This document shows, one piece after another, positions 1 through 8,277 of a stretch of 64,000 nucleotides of DNA. Under the pieces are notes generated by a model. That model did no database searches. It saw only the letters and a program-made list of their open reading frames with translations, and was not told where the DNA came from. Within the stretch, counting starts at the first letter, position 1. Each line of letters starts with the position of its first letter. Made by a program: the position numbers and the translations under genes. The stretch is taken from positions 1 through 64,000 of the IMG/VR virus record IMGVR_UViG_3300032225_002400; one strand, 5' to 3'. Source of the DNA: a virus (lineage: Duplodnaviria > Caudoviricetes).

Positions 1-37
1 ATATATACTTTATAACAATTTATTATATTAATACATT

Positions 38-61
38 TTAATTAAGTTAATTAATTTTGAT
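38..61 (-). repeat. Inverted partial copy of the 19-bp TTAATTAAAA(A/T)TGATTAA-type repeat
   Basis: Reverse complement ATCAAAATTAATTAACTTAATTAA resembles the array at 7439-7505. Confidence 0.45.
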
Positions 62-529
62 AATAGTTATAATTATTTATTATTTTATTTATTTTAATAA
101 AACATAAGGGGAACACTAATTTCATAAGACAATAACAAAAGAATAAGAACAATAAAAAGAAAGAAGAAAGAAACACTAAACTACCAAAAAGAGAGAGAAG
201 AAAAAAAAGGGCGCACATTAAATATCATACATAACATATAATAGCTTACCATTAAAACTTTAAGATAGTAAGTACCCTATAGTAAACATGAGATGTTTGC
301 AAATGCATTAGAGACACACGGTTAAAGAGTAGTTTGTAAGATATATATTTTATTAAGAAGACTATAAGTTTTAAATCTAGGTATGTCTGGATAATTTCTG
401 TGTATATCTGAGGTATATCTCTAGCATGTCTAGGTGTGATTTAGGGTTAATCTGTGACAGTTTTAGTGGTTTGGAGTAGATTTTACTGTACGTGTAGGTG
501 TAATGTGTAGGTGTGTCCCTGTGTAGCAT

Positions 530-580
530 GCAGGCAGGTATCGGGCAGGCAGGTATCGTGCAGGCAGGCAGGTACTCAGG
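530..580 (+). repeat. Short GC-rich tandem repeat (GCAGGCAGGTATCG-like, about 15-bp period, 3 copies)
   Basis: gcaggcaggtatcg at 530-543 and 545-558; degenerate third copy tgcaggcaggcaggtactcagg at 559-580. Confidence 0.8.
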
Positions 581-683
581 TAGGACATTGAAAAAATATT
601 TTAAAAAAAAGTATAAATAATTTTTTTATATATCAAAAGTTAGTATATTAGCTCTATCAAATAACCATTAAATTAAAAAAACC

Positions 684-875
684 ATGAAAAAACTAAATCT
701 AACGCAAAAAAAAGAAATGTTAGCAAAATTTTTTAAACTCTCAGTATTATTAGGTTACTCATTAGAGCCTTTTATGGGGTGGAGCTTAAGTAAATACAAT
801 TGGGATATAGTTGAAAAAAGAATAAAGTTTTTAAATGAAGCGTATGATAATCCAGAAAATAGATACTACGCTTAA
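684..875 (+). CDS. Hypothetical protein
   Basis: 63-aa ORF, A-rich start context (aaaaccATG), downstream of an AT-rich promoter-like region. Confidence 0.6.
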   Translation: MKKLNLTQKKEMLAKFFKLSVLLGYSLEPFMGWSLSKYNWDIVEKRIKFLNEAYDNPENRYYA

Positions 876-920
876 TTAAAAATGATTAACTTAATTAAAA
901 ATGATTAAGTTAATTAAAAC
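872..920 (+). repeat. 19-bp tandem repeat array 1 (2.5 copies)
   Basis: ttaattaaaaatgattaac (872-890), ttaattaaaaatgattaag (891-909), partial 910-920. Confidence 0.9.
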
Positions 921-943
921 AAATTAAATAAAAAAAATATAAA

Positions 944-1174
944 ATGAAAAGAGAAATTACAATAAAAGAACTTGTTGATTACTTAGATAAGAAAAGCTCA
1001 GAAATAGAAGGCGAATCTATTTTAGCTCAAGTAGATAGAATTGAAACTTCATCTAATTATACTACATCAGAAATCTTAAATAAGATGTACGATATGGGAT
1101 ATAATAGAGGAAGAATTATTGGAAAAAGAGATGCTTTACTAGATTTTGCTACTTTCTTAAATTTTACAGAATAA
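944..1174 (+). CDS. Hypothetical protein
   Basis: 76-aa ORF with A-rich start. Confidence 0.65.
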   Translation: MKREITIKELVDYLDKKSSEIEGESILAQVDRIETSSNYTTSEILNKMYDMGYNRGRIIGKRDALLDFATFLNFTE

Positions 1175-1207
1175 CTATTTTATAAAAACCATAAAAATTA
1201 AAAAAAC

Positions 1208-2200
1208 ATGGCACACGAATTAAATTTCAATCAATTAAACAAAACTTGGTCTTTTGCTAGTAATGCACAAAAAGCATGGCATGATTTAGGACAAGTAGTA
1301 GATGGAGCAATGACAGCTGAAGAAGCTATTAAACTTGCAAACTTAGATTACACGGTAGAAAAAGCTGATGTTTTCATGAAAACGCAAGATAATACAAATG
1401 TTCAAGTAGATGGTTATTATTCTACATACAGAACTGACACAAACCAATATCTTGGTATGGTCAGAAGTAGATATGAAGTAGTTCAAAATAAAGACGCTTT
1501 TAGTTTCTTTGATTCTATCATAGATTCAGGAGAGGCAATTTTTGAAACTGCTGGAGCTTTAGGAAATGGTGAAAGAATTTTCCTTAGCGCAAAACTTCCA
1601 GATGATTTTGTAATTGGAACTGAGAAAATTGAAAAGTATATTATGCTTACTAATTCGCATAATGGTACATCATCTGTTGTTGCAGGTTTAACAAATATAA
1701 GAGTAGTATGTAATAATACTTTACAAGCTGCATTAAATGGTCTTGAAAATAAAGTTTCAATAAGTCATATCATTGGTGCTAAAGATAAAATCAAAGAAGC
1801 TTATAAAGTTATGGGAATTGCAAGTAAGTACAACTTGCAAGTTGAACAAATGTTTAATCAAATGCTAGATGTTAAAATGTCTGAAGGTGATTTAGCTACT
1901 TACTTTACAAAAGTTTTAAAACCAGATTATATCTCAATTGATGGTTTAACTCAAAAAGAAATGTCAACTAGATTACAAAATGCTGTTGATATGACATTAG
2001 ACTTTGCTTATAATCATCCAACTCAAAAGACTGTAGAAACTACAGGAACTTTATGGGGAGCTTATAATGCAATCTCAGGAGTATATAACTATGGTAAAAA
2101 CTATAAGAACTCTGAAGATAAGTTTAACCAACATTTCTTTGGAACTGCTAATAAGAAGATGCTAAAGTCTTTTGATGAAGCAATATTATTAATTAATTAA
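1208..2200 (+). CDS. DUF932 / TIGR03299-like phage-plasmid protein
   Basis: MAHEL start, 'AWHDLGQVV', 'YEVVQNKDAFSFFD', 'FETAGALGNGERIF', 'IRVVCNNTL', 'GTLWGAYNAI' match the family pattern. Confidence 0.85.
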   Translation: MAHELNFNQLNKTWSFASNAQKAWHDLGQVVDGAMTAEEAIKLANLDYTVEKADVFMKTQDNTNVQVDGYYSTYRTDTNQYLGMVRSRYEVVQNKDAFSFFDSIIDSGEAIFETAGALGNGERIFLSAKLPDDFVIGTEKIEKYIMLTNSHNGTSSVVAGLTNIRVVCNNTLQAALNGLENKVSISHIIGAKDKIKEAYKVMGIASKYNLQVEQMFNQMLDVKMSEGDLATYFTKVLKPDYISIDGLTQKEMSTRLQNAVDMTLDFAYNHPTQKTVETTGTLWGAYNAISGVYNYGKNYKNSEDKFNQHFFGTANKKMLKSFDEAILLIN

Positions 2201-2260
2201 AAATGATTAACTTAATTAAAAATGATTATATTAATTAAAAATGATTAAGTTAATTAAAAT
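2193..2260 (+). repeat. 19-bp tandem repeat array 2 (3.5 copies)
   Basis: Units at 2193-2211, 2212-2230, 2231-2249, partial 2250-2260; same consensus as array 1. Confidence 0.9.
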
Positions 2261-2264
2261 TAAT

Positions 2265-2272
2265 TATATTTG
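2265..2272 (+). promoter_or_regulatory. Bacteroidota sigma-70-type -7 box (TAnnTTTG)
   Basis: TATATTTG directly after repeat array 2 and about 7 nt before a long stem-loop. Confidence 0.6.
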
Positions 2273-2278
2273 TAATAT

Positions 2279-2367
2279 GGTACATGAAGCCGATAACTTA
2301 GACAATAATGATAAAGACGTCTCTTGTAGAAAAGTCGCCTCTACTGTTTTATCCGCTTTCATGTACC
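2279..2367 (+). ncRNA. Candidate structured RNA / leader (about 89 nt)
   Basis: 5' arm GGTACATGAAGCCGATAA pairs with 3' arm TTATCCGCTTTCATGTACC (10 perfect terminal bp); inner GTAGA/TCTAC hairpin; begins at the expected TSS. Confidence 0.45.
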
Positions 2368-2390
2368 TTTACTATTAAAATCAATAAAAT

Positions 2391-2594
2391 ATGGATAATA
2401 AAAATAATAACAACTCTATACCAAAACAACTTAAAGAAGTTGAAATAACTAGATTAGAAGTGATTAATCATGCCAAAAATGATAAGCCAATAGGAAGGAT
2501 ATTAACTCTTTATAAAGAATTAGGTGACTTTAATTCTATAGAATTATCATTTCAAGATGGAAAAAGAACGTTAAAGATATTTTTAAACTCATAA
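2391..2594 (+). CDS. Hypothetical protein
   Basis: 67-aa ORF. Confidence 0.6.
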   Translation: MDNKNNNNSIPKQLKEVEITRLEVINHAKNDKPIGRILTLYKELGDFNSIELSFQDGKRTLKIFLNS

Positions 2595-2602
2595 AATAAT
2601 AT

Positions 2603-2806
2603 ATGCCAGATATAACAATGTGTTTTGGACAAGTGGGTGATATTATTTGCCCACATAAAGATAAGTGCTACAGATACACGGCAAAACGGAATAAGTACCG
2701 TCAAAGTTTTTTTATAGAACTACCAATAAAAGATAGTAAGTGTGATTATTATTGGGGTGATAATGCTGAAAATATTTGGAATCAATTAAAAGATAAGAAA
2801 GGCTAA
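2603..2806 (+). CDS. Small Cys-containing phage protein
   Basis: MPDITMC...C..K..CYRYTA...QSFF...P...C.YYW pattern. Confidence 0.7.
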   Translation: MPDITMCFGQVGDIICPHKDKCYRYTAKRNKYRQSFFIELPIKDSKCDYYWGDNAENIWNQLKDKKG

Positions 2807-2817
2807 AAACAAATAAT

Positions 2818-3102
2818 ATGAAAGAATATGTACCGTTTGAACAAGCATTAGAAATGAAAGAATTAGGTTTTAACGAAGATGCTTTTGGGTATTTAGCATT
2901 AGAAGGTACTTCAGTTCAACTTCCATTATACCAACAAGCCTTTCGCTTTTTTAGAGAGAAGTATAATTTACATTCTCATATAGAATATAGTAAAGGTTTT
3001 TATGAATATTGGATTTTGTTAGATGCGGTAGGGCATGATACTTACGAAGAAGCAGAACTTGCTTGTATTAAAAAATTAATTGAAATAGTTAAAAACAAAT
3101 AA
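2818..3102 (+). CDS. Hypothetical phage protein
   Basis: 94-aa ORF in a tightly packed run. Confidence 0.7.
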   Translation: MKEYVPFEQALEMKELGFNEDAFGYLALEGTSVQLPLYQQAFRFFREKYNLHSHIEYSKGFYEYWILLDAVGHDTYEEAELACIKKLIEIVKNK

Positions 3103-3105
3103 CCT

Positions 3106-3318
3106 ATGAAAACAGCAATGCAAGAATTAATTGAATTTTATAAAAATAATAATTCATTTTATAGTTATACTAAAGATGATATAATTAAAGTATTACAATT
3201 ATTCCTTGAAAAAGAAAAAGAACAGCTAATAGATGCTTATAATGATGGTCATTATATAAAAGATGAATTTTTTAATCCTGAAGAATATTACAACGAAACT
3301 TATAATGAAAACAAATAA
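3106..3318 (+). CDS. Hypothetical phage protein, paralog of 4028-4282
   Basis: Both have KTAMQE...EKEQ...Y.....E.YYN.TY. Confidence 0.75.
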   Translation: MKTAMQELIEFYKNNNSFYSYTKDDIIKVLQLFLEKEKEQLIDAYNDGHYIKDEFFNPEEYYNETYNENK

Positions 3319-3321
3319 ACT

Positions 3322-3591
3322 ATGAAAACATACATTTGGGCTGATACAGCCTATGTTTCGCAAGATTTCTTTGTTGTCTCAGCAGATAACATAATTATGG
3401 CTAGATTAAAACTAATTCATGAAATCGAAGAGCTTGAAAAAGCTTTTATGGAACAAGCAGCTAGAGAAGACCAAGCTAGTTATAGAACTTTAATGAGAAG
3501 TAAGTTTAAAGGTTGGATTATGTATATCAATCAACAAGACCCACAAATACTTGAAGAAGGAACTGCTGGTATTTATAACCATGCAAATTAA
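3322..3591 (+). CDS. Hypothetical protein
   Basis: 89-aa ORF. Confidence 0.65.
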   Translation: MKTYIWADTAYVSQDFFVVSADNIIMARLKLIHEIEELEKAFMEQAAREDQASYRTLMRSKFKGWIMYINQQDPQILEEGTAGIYNHAN

Positions 3592-3595
3592 TATT

Positions 3596-3790
3596 ATGAA
3601 AAAACTTATTTTATTCGTATTAATTATTCTTTTATTATCAAGTTGTAGCACAATCAATGAACTATTAGTTTACAACTCTTTATATAATAAACCTTTTTAT
3701 AGGACTCGTTATCATTATTATCAACCACAACCATTAAATTATTATCGTCATGGACAAAGACAAAAAACAAACCATTTTAGAAATCGCTAA
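3596..3790 (+). CDS. Putative small lipoprotein
   Basis: From ATG 3596: MKKLILFVLIILLLSSC, a signal peptide with a lipobox-like Cys. Confidence 0.55.
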   Translation: MKKLILFVLIILLLSSCSTINELLVYNSLYNKPFYRTRYHYYQPQPLNYYRHGQRQKTNHFRNR

Positions 3791-4028
3791 TGAAATTGTG
3801 TTTACTAGGTCAGAAGAAAAAGAAAGAATGTATGGACCATTTGAAGAAGGTATGGCAAAGGCAGCAAGAATTGCTTCTGAAATATCTAGAAAAGAATTTA
3901 CTACTCAAGATATGTATCACTGTATGATTGCATTAAAACTTTCAAGACAAGCATACAATCATAAAGAAGATAACTTATTAGATGCAATTTCTTACATGGC
4001 ATCATTAAATACAATAAACTCAAAATAA
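3750..4028 (+). CDS. DUF6378-like protein
   Basis: 'ILEIANEIVFTRSEEKERMYG', 'MIALKLSR', 'DNLLDAISY'; family often found near nucleotide-metabolism genes. Confidence 0.65.
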   Translation: MDKDKKQTILEIANEIVFTRSEEKERMYGPFEEGMAKAARIASEISRKEFTTQDMYHCMIALKLSRQAYNHKEDNLLDAISYMASLNTINSK

Positions 4029-4282
4029 TGGCAAAAACTGCAATGCAAGAAGTAAGAGAAAAACTTACTAAACATTTTGAAAACTTTAGATTTGATAAAA
4101 CACATCATTTAAAGTTTGGAGATATTAAGCTAACTATATGGGAGCAAGAAGAAATAATCAATATGTTAGATTTAGAAATAGAAAAAGAACAAATTAAAAA
4201 AGATTGGGCTGAAGGATATTTTACTAATGAAAATAATGTAAATGAGTCTTCAGAAGATTATTACAATAAAACTTACAAATAA
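4028..4282 (+). CDS. Hypothetical phage protein, paralog of 3106-3318
   Basis: Shared motifs as above. Confidence 0.75.
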   Translation: MAKTAMQEVREKLTKHFENFRFDKTHHLKFGDIKLTIWEQEEIINMLDLEIEKEQIKKDWAEGYFTNENNVNESSEDYYNKTYK

Positions 4283-4300
4283 CCATCAAAATTAAAAAAC

Positions 4301-5506
4301 ATGAAAGTAGCTATTATTTTAGGAAGAGGTATTGAAGGATGTGGTGTAACTCGATACGCTCTTGAAGAACAAAAGTGGTATAAAAACAATTCAATTGAAT
4401 GTACTATTTATGCTTCTTGTGATAAAAAATGGGGTAGAAAAGATGCTCAAGAAAATGACATTATTGAATTTACAAATTCAGAAATAAAAGCATTATCTCA
4501 AAAACTTAACACAGAGTATGATATTGTATACTATCAATCTCTACCTTCAAAGAAAGGACATAGTGAAGAGTACCAAAAACTTTTCTATGATTATCTTATA
4601 TGTGAAGTATACAAACCAATTAAACTTAGCCATCAAAATGACCATAAATTACAGTCTCTTTCTAGAAACTACAACATTTGGGAAATAATGTCTCACATGG
4701 ATGGAAGCTTTACACATTCACTATCAAGCCCTTTTGCTAAAAAAATGAAAGAACTTAATCCACATGTTCCAATTATGAAAATGGGGTTAGGCTTTGATTT
4801 TAAATCTTTAAGAAAATACTGGAAACCAATTGATGAGCAAAAAAGAAGAGTAAGTTATTTTGGAAGATTTGCTGGCTTCAAAGACCCAAAAAGAATAATT
4901 GAAATGCAGCCACTTTTAAGTCAAGTAAATATACTATCTGAACTTCGAGGTATTGAACGCTCCATAGGCTCCTTAGACTTGTTCTATGATGATTTAACTG
5001 ATAGAGATAACTCATACAAAAAGAATATTTATGAAGTAAAAAATAATGAGACTATTGAACAAACTTTTGAAAAAGCTTACATATATGGACCATACAATAG
5101 ACTTGAAGGAATACAAGAACTTTCATCAAGTATGTTTGGAGCTGATTTCTATAACTTAGACGCTACAGCTTATGGTGATAATATGGAATTTGCAATGTGT
5201 GAAATAATAGCATCAGGAAGTATTGCTTTATTTGATTCTCATTGGGCTGAAAATTGTAAGCATAGAAACGGTAATAAGTTTTCAGATATTAAAGACTTTG
5301 CAATATACTCAGATAAAAATAATTTTGAAGCAACAATTGATGAAATGTTTGAATTAGCTAATAATCATGAATTAAGAGAAAAAAGAAGAACAAGTCAATT
5401 TGAAATAGCTTCATCACATTGTGATAATAATATAGTTTATAAAGAAATGCATGAAAAAGCGATAAACTGTAAAAAAACTCAAAAAGTACAATCAACTCTT
5501 TTCTAA
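4301..5506 (+). CDS. agt: DNA alpha-glucosyltransferase (T4 AGT-like, GT-B)
   Basis: 'GRGIEGCGVTRYALE' vs T4 AGT 'ARGLEGCGVTKFSLE'; 'HQNDH..SLSRN', 'GRFAGFK', 'RGIERS', 'MEFAMCEIIASG'; same length (about 400 aa). Confidence 0.85.
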   Translation: MKVAIILGRGIEGCGVTRYALEEQKWYKNNSIECTIYASCDKKWGRKDAQENDIIEFTNSEIKALSQKLNTEYDIVYYQSLPSKKGHSEEYQKLFYDYLICEVYKPIKLSHQNDHKLQSLSRNYNIWEIMSHMDGSFTHSLSSPFAKKMKELNPHVPIMKMGLGFDFKSLRKYWKPIDEQKRRVSYFGRFAGFKDPKRIIEMQPLLSQVNILSELRGIERSIGSLDLFYDDLTDRDNSYKKNIYEVKNNETIEQTFEKAYIYGPYNRLEGIQELSSSMFGADFYNLDATAYGDNMEFAMCEIIASGSIALFDSHWAENCKHRNGNKFSDIKDFAIYSDKNNFEATIDEMFELANNHELREKRRTSQFEIASSHCDNNIVYKEMHEKAINCKKTQKVQSTLF

Positions 5507-5539
5507 TAACAATTTCCTTAACAAAAAAAATCAAAAAAA

Positions 5540-5719
5540 ATGGAAAATCAAATCAAGGTTGGAGACAAAGTTCAATTTACTACATGGGTTGGTAAAGTTG
5601 AAACAACAGGAACTGTAACATCAGTATTTACTTCTAAAGACAATAAAGAGTATTGTCGAATTAAAGTTGATGGTAAATCATTTCTTAAACAATCAAAATC
5701 TGTTAAACATGTATCTTAA
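5540..5719 (+). CDS. Small SH3/KOW-like beta protein (not in track)
   Basis: 59-aa ORF MENQIKVGDKVQFTTWVGKVETTGTVTSVF...; stop overlaps the next start. Confidence 0.7.
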   Translation: MENQIKVGDKVQFTTWVGKVETTGTVTSVFTSKDNKEYCRIKVDGKSFLKQSKSVKHVS

Positions 5720-6392
5720 AAACATTTTAGCTTCTAAAAGTGATAAAAAAGTAACCATAACTAATGGGGAAATGAGAAAACTCATTGGAGCAAAATATTC
5801 AAAAGATGAAGTCACAGTTTATTATGGTGGAATTAGTCCCATTACTTTCAAAAGTACTAGAGGAGGAGCAACATGGTATGCAAAACAATTATTACCAAAT
5901 TATTGTGAAATGCCACAAGTTGGTCAACCTGTTTATTATGAAATAACAAGAAATTCAATGGATTCTAAAATTGGTAAATCTTCCGCTAAAAAACTTAAAA
6001 TGAAACAAGTTTCTTTTGAAGAATTTTTAATTGACAAAAACAAACTAGTGTCTACAGATAAATTCTCATTAATTAGAGATTGGGCAAGACAAAGAGGTTT
6101 ATATGATAAAGGCGATGTTAAAACTCAATTTTTAAAACTTCAAGAAGAAACTGGAGAACTAGCAAAAGCTATTTTAAAAGATGATACAAAAGAAATCATT
6201 GATGCAATTGGAGATATTATAGTTGTATTAACAAACTTAACAGAACTTACTGGAATTAAAATTGAAAGTAAAACTGATATAAGAGATTTTAAACAATTAA
6301 CAATTGAAGATTGTATTGACTCTGCGTATAATGTAATAAAAAATAGAACTGGTAGTATGAAAAACGGAACATTTGTAAAAAATGAAAGATAG
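5709..6392 (+). CDS. MazG-like nucleotide pyrophosphohydrolase with N-terminal extension
   Basis: 'WARQRGLYDKG...QFLKLQEETGELAKA...DAIGDIIVVL...EDCIDSAYNVIKNRTG'; start moved to ATG 5709 because 5540-5719 occupies the upstream frame. Confidence 0.8.
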   Translation: MYLKNILASKSDKKVTITNGEMRKLIGAKYSKDEVTVYYGGISPITFKSTRGGATWYAKQLLPNYCEMPQVGQPVYYEITRNSMDSKIGKSSAKKLKMKQVSFEEFLIDKNKLVSTDKFSLIRDWARQRGLYDKGDVKTQFLKLQEETGELAKAILKDDTKEIIDAIGDIIVVLTNLTELTGIKIESKTDIRDFKQLTIEDCIDSAYNVIKNRTGSMKNGTFVKNER

Positions 6393-6789
6393 AAATAAAT
6401 TCTTCATGTCAATAGCAAAAGAAGTTTCAAATGCTTCATATTGCAAACGAGCTAAAGTTGGAGCAATTTTAGTTAAAGATGATAATATTATATCATTTGG
6501 CTACAATGGAACTCCATCAGGCTTTGAAAATGTTTGTGAATGTAAAAATGAAAATATAACTAGAAAAGAAGTTCTTCATGCAGAATCTAATGCTATTACC
6601 AAATGTTCAAAATCTTGCTACTCTAGTTTAAATTCTACTTTATATATTACTTTAAGCCCATGCTTTGAATGTAGTAAATTAATTATTCAAGCAGGTATTA
6701 AAGAAGTAATTTATTTAGAAGAGTATAGACATACAGAAGGAATTGATTTACTAAAACAAGCAAATATACATGTTTACAAAATGCTATAA
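6382..6789 (+). CDS. dCMP deaminase
   Basis: 'GYNGTPSG', 'HAESNAI', 'SPCFECSK' zinc-binding motifs. Confidence 0.92.
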   Translation: MKDRNKFFMSIAKEVSNASYCKRAKVGAILVKDDNIISFGYNGTPSGFENVCECKNENITRKEVLHAESNAITKCSKSCYSSLNSTLYITLSPCFECSKLIIQAGIKEVIYLEEYRHTEGIDLLKQANIHVYKML

Positions 6790-7417
6790 TAACGCTCAAG
6801 AAGCGTTTGAAGATTTATATCTTATTATTAATAAAGAAGGATATTACACTGCTGGCACAAAAGCTTTACATAATGTAGGTATACAAATTTTAAATCCATT
6901 GGATAATGAAATTAAAACTTCATGGAGAAAATGGAAGAAAAGTTACGCCGATTATGAATGGTCTTGGTATTTATCTAAAACACCTAATGCTGAAGAAATA
7001 AGTAAAAAAGCAAGTATTTGGAAAAGTTTGATGGATGAAAATGGAAATGTAAATTCTAATTATGGGTATCAATGGTCAAGAGCTAATCAATTAACTAGAG
7101 TTATTGAGATGCTTAAACTTATGCCAACAACTAGAAAAGCTAGTATATCTATCTATGATGGCAAAGAAATGGATAATTATAGCCTAGACACTCCATGCAC
7201 TTATGCAATAAACTTTTATATTGATTATGATAAAAAACTTTCAATGCAAGTTATGATGAGAAGTAATGATTTAGTATTTGGATTTTGTAATGACCAGTAT
7301 TGCTTTAGTAAATTACAAGAATATGTAGCAAATGAATTAAAAATAGAAATAGGAACATATTTTCATTTTGCATGTAATATGCATATTTACGAAAGACATT
7401 ATAATATGATGTCATAA
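6770..7417 (+). CDS. Thymidylate-synthase-fold enzyme, dCMP hydroxymethylase type (T4 gp42-like)
   Basis: 'NSNYG', 'PCT', 'MRSNDLVFGFCND' vs gp42 'MRSNDVVFGFRND'; Asp at the position where ThyA has the dUMP-specifying Asn. Confidence 0.75.
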   Translation: MFTKCYNNAQEAFEDLYLIINKEGYYTAGTKALHNVGIQILNPLDNEIKTSWRKWKKSYADYEWSWYLSKTPNAEEISKKASIWKSLMDENGNVNSNYGYQWSRANQLTRVIEMLKLMPTTRKASISIYDGKEMDNYSLDTPCTYAINFYIDYDKKLSMQVMMRSNDLVFGFCNDQYCFSKLQEYVANELKIEIGTYFHFACNMHIYERHYNMMS

Positions 7418-7438
7418 ATTTATTTATATTACATACTA

Positions 7439-7505
7439 TTATCAAAATTGATTAATTTAATTAAAATTAATTAAGTTAATTAAAATTGATTAATTTAATC
7501 AAAAC
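7439..7505 (+). repeat. 19-bp tandem repeat array 3 (about 3.5 degenerate copies)
   Basis: ttaattaaaattaattaag (7457-7475), ttaattaaaattgattaat (7476-7494), partial flanking copies. Confidence 0.8.
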
Positions 7506-7517
7506 AAATTAATAACC

Positions 7518-7724
7518 ATGAATAGAACAGAATTAAATTCTTATCAAATTCTAGATATTGAAAATGAAACTTTAAGAGAACAATTAGTAAAATTACAGCA
7601 AAGAAATAAATCTTATATATTGACTATAAAGTTCTTACAAGGTGAAATAGTAGGTAAAAATATAAATACATCTCATCCTTATTATGAAACTTATTTAGAA
7701 GTATGTAAAAGATTAAATACATAA
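7518..7724 (+). CDS. Hypothetical coiled-coil protein
   Basis: 68-aa ORF. Confidence 0.6.
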   Translation: MNRTELNSYQILDIENETLREQLVKLQQRNKSYILTIKFLQGEIVGKNINTSHPYYETYLEVCKRLNT

Positions 7725-7726
7725 AC

Positions 7727-7954
7727 ATGAAAAAAATAGATAAAAATTATCAAAGAAGCAAAATTGGTGTATTAATGGATGAAAGAAACTTAACTTTAAA
7801 AGAATTTGCAGAATTGATATATCAAAAAACAGGTTATTTTATTGCTATAACAAATCTTTCAAGCTATTGCACTGGCCTAAGACCATTAAAAAAAATAGAA
7901 ATAATAAAAGTATTTGCTGATACTTTAGAAATACCAATTACAGAACTTTTATGA
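7727..7954 (+). CDS. XRE/Cro-C1-type helix-turn-helix protein
   Basis: 'LMDERNLTLKEFAELI...LSSYCTG...FADTLEIPITEL'. Confidence 0.7.
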   Translation: MKKIDKNYQRSKIGVLMDERNLTLKEFAELIYQKTGYFIAITNLSSYCTGLRPLKKIEIIKVFADTLEIPITELL

Positions 7955-8277
7955 GTCATAACATTATCATATTTAAAATAATCAATTATATTAATTATAT
8001 AACTGGAAGTAATTATAATACACAAAGTTTTATAAATAATGAAGACATATGTAAACTAATTAAAAAAGGTTATTCATATGATGACTTTAAAAAAGTAATA
8101 GATAAAAAATGGAGTCAATGGAAAGGAAGTAAATTTGAACAATATGTTCGACCTTCTACATTATTTAGTAAAAAATTTGAAACTTACTTAAATGAACAAT
8201 CAAATAGTCAAGCAAAAATCACAAAACTCTTTAAATCTGTCGAACAAGCAAAACGAACTGATTGGAAGCTGGATTGA
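7951..8277 (+). CDS. Conserved phage replication-associated protein (Phg_2220_C-like)
   Basis: 'DDFKKVIDKK..QW....QYVRPSTLFSKKFETYLN'. Confidence 0.75.
   Translation: MSHNIIIFKIINYINYITGSNYNTQSFINNEDICKLIKKGYSYDDFKKVIDKKWSQWKGSKFEQYVRPSTLFSKKFETYLNEQSNSQAKITKLFKSVEQAKRTDWKLD

Noticed and set aside
5667-5708. Track start for the MazG gene
   Set aside because: This stretch belongs to the 59-aa ORF 5540-5719; ATG 5709 is the more plausible start. Similar adjustments were made at 3596, 26675, 28301, 37881, 39315 and 40612.
6770-7417. Annotation as ordinary thymidylate synthase (thyA)
   Set aside because: Asp rather than Asn at the specificity position, gp42-like motifs, and an adjacent alpha-glucosyltransferase.
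872-7505. 19-bp repeats as CRISPR arrays
   Set aside because: Units are directly adjacent with no spacers, are too short, and no cas genes are present.
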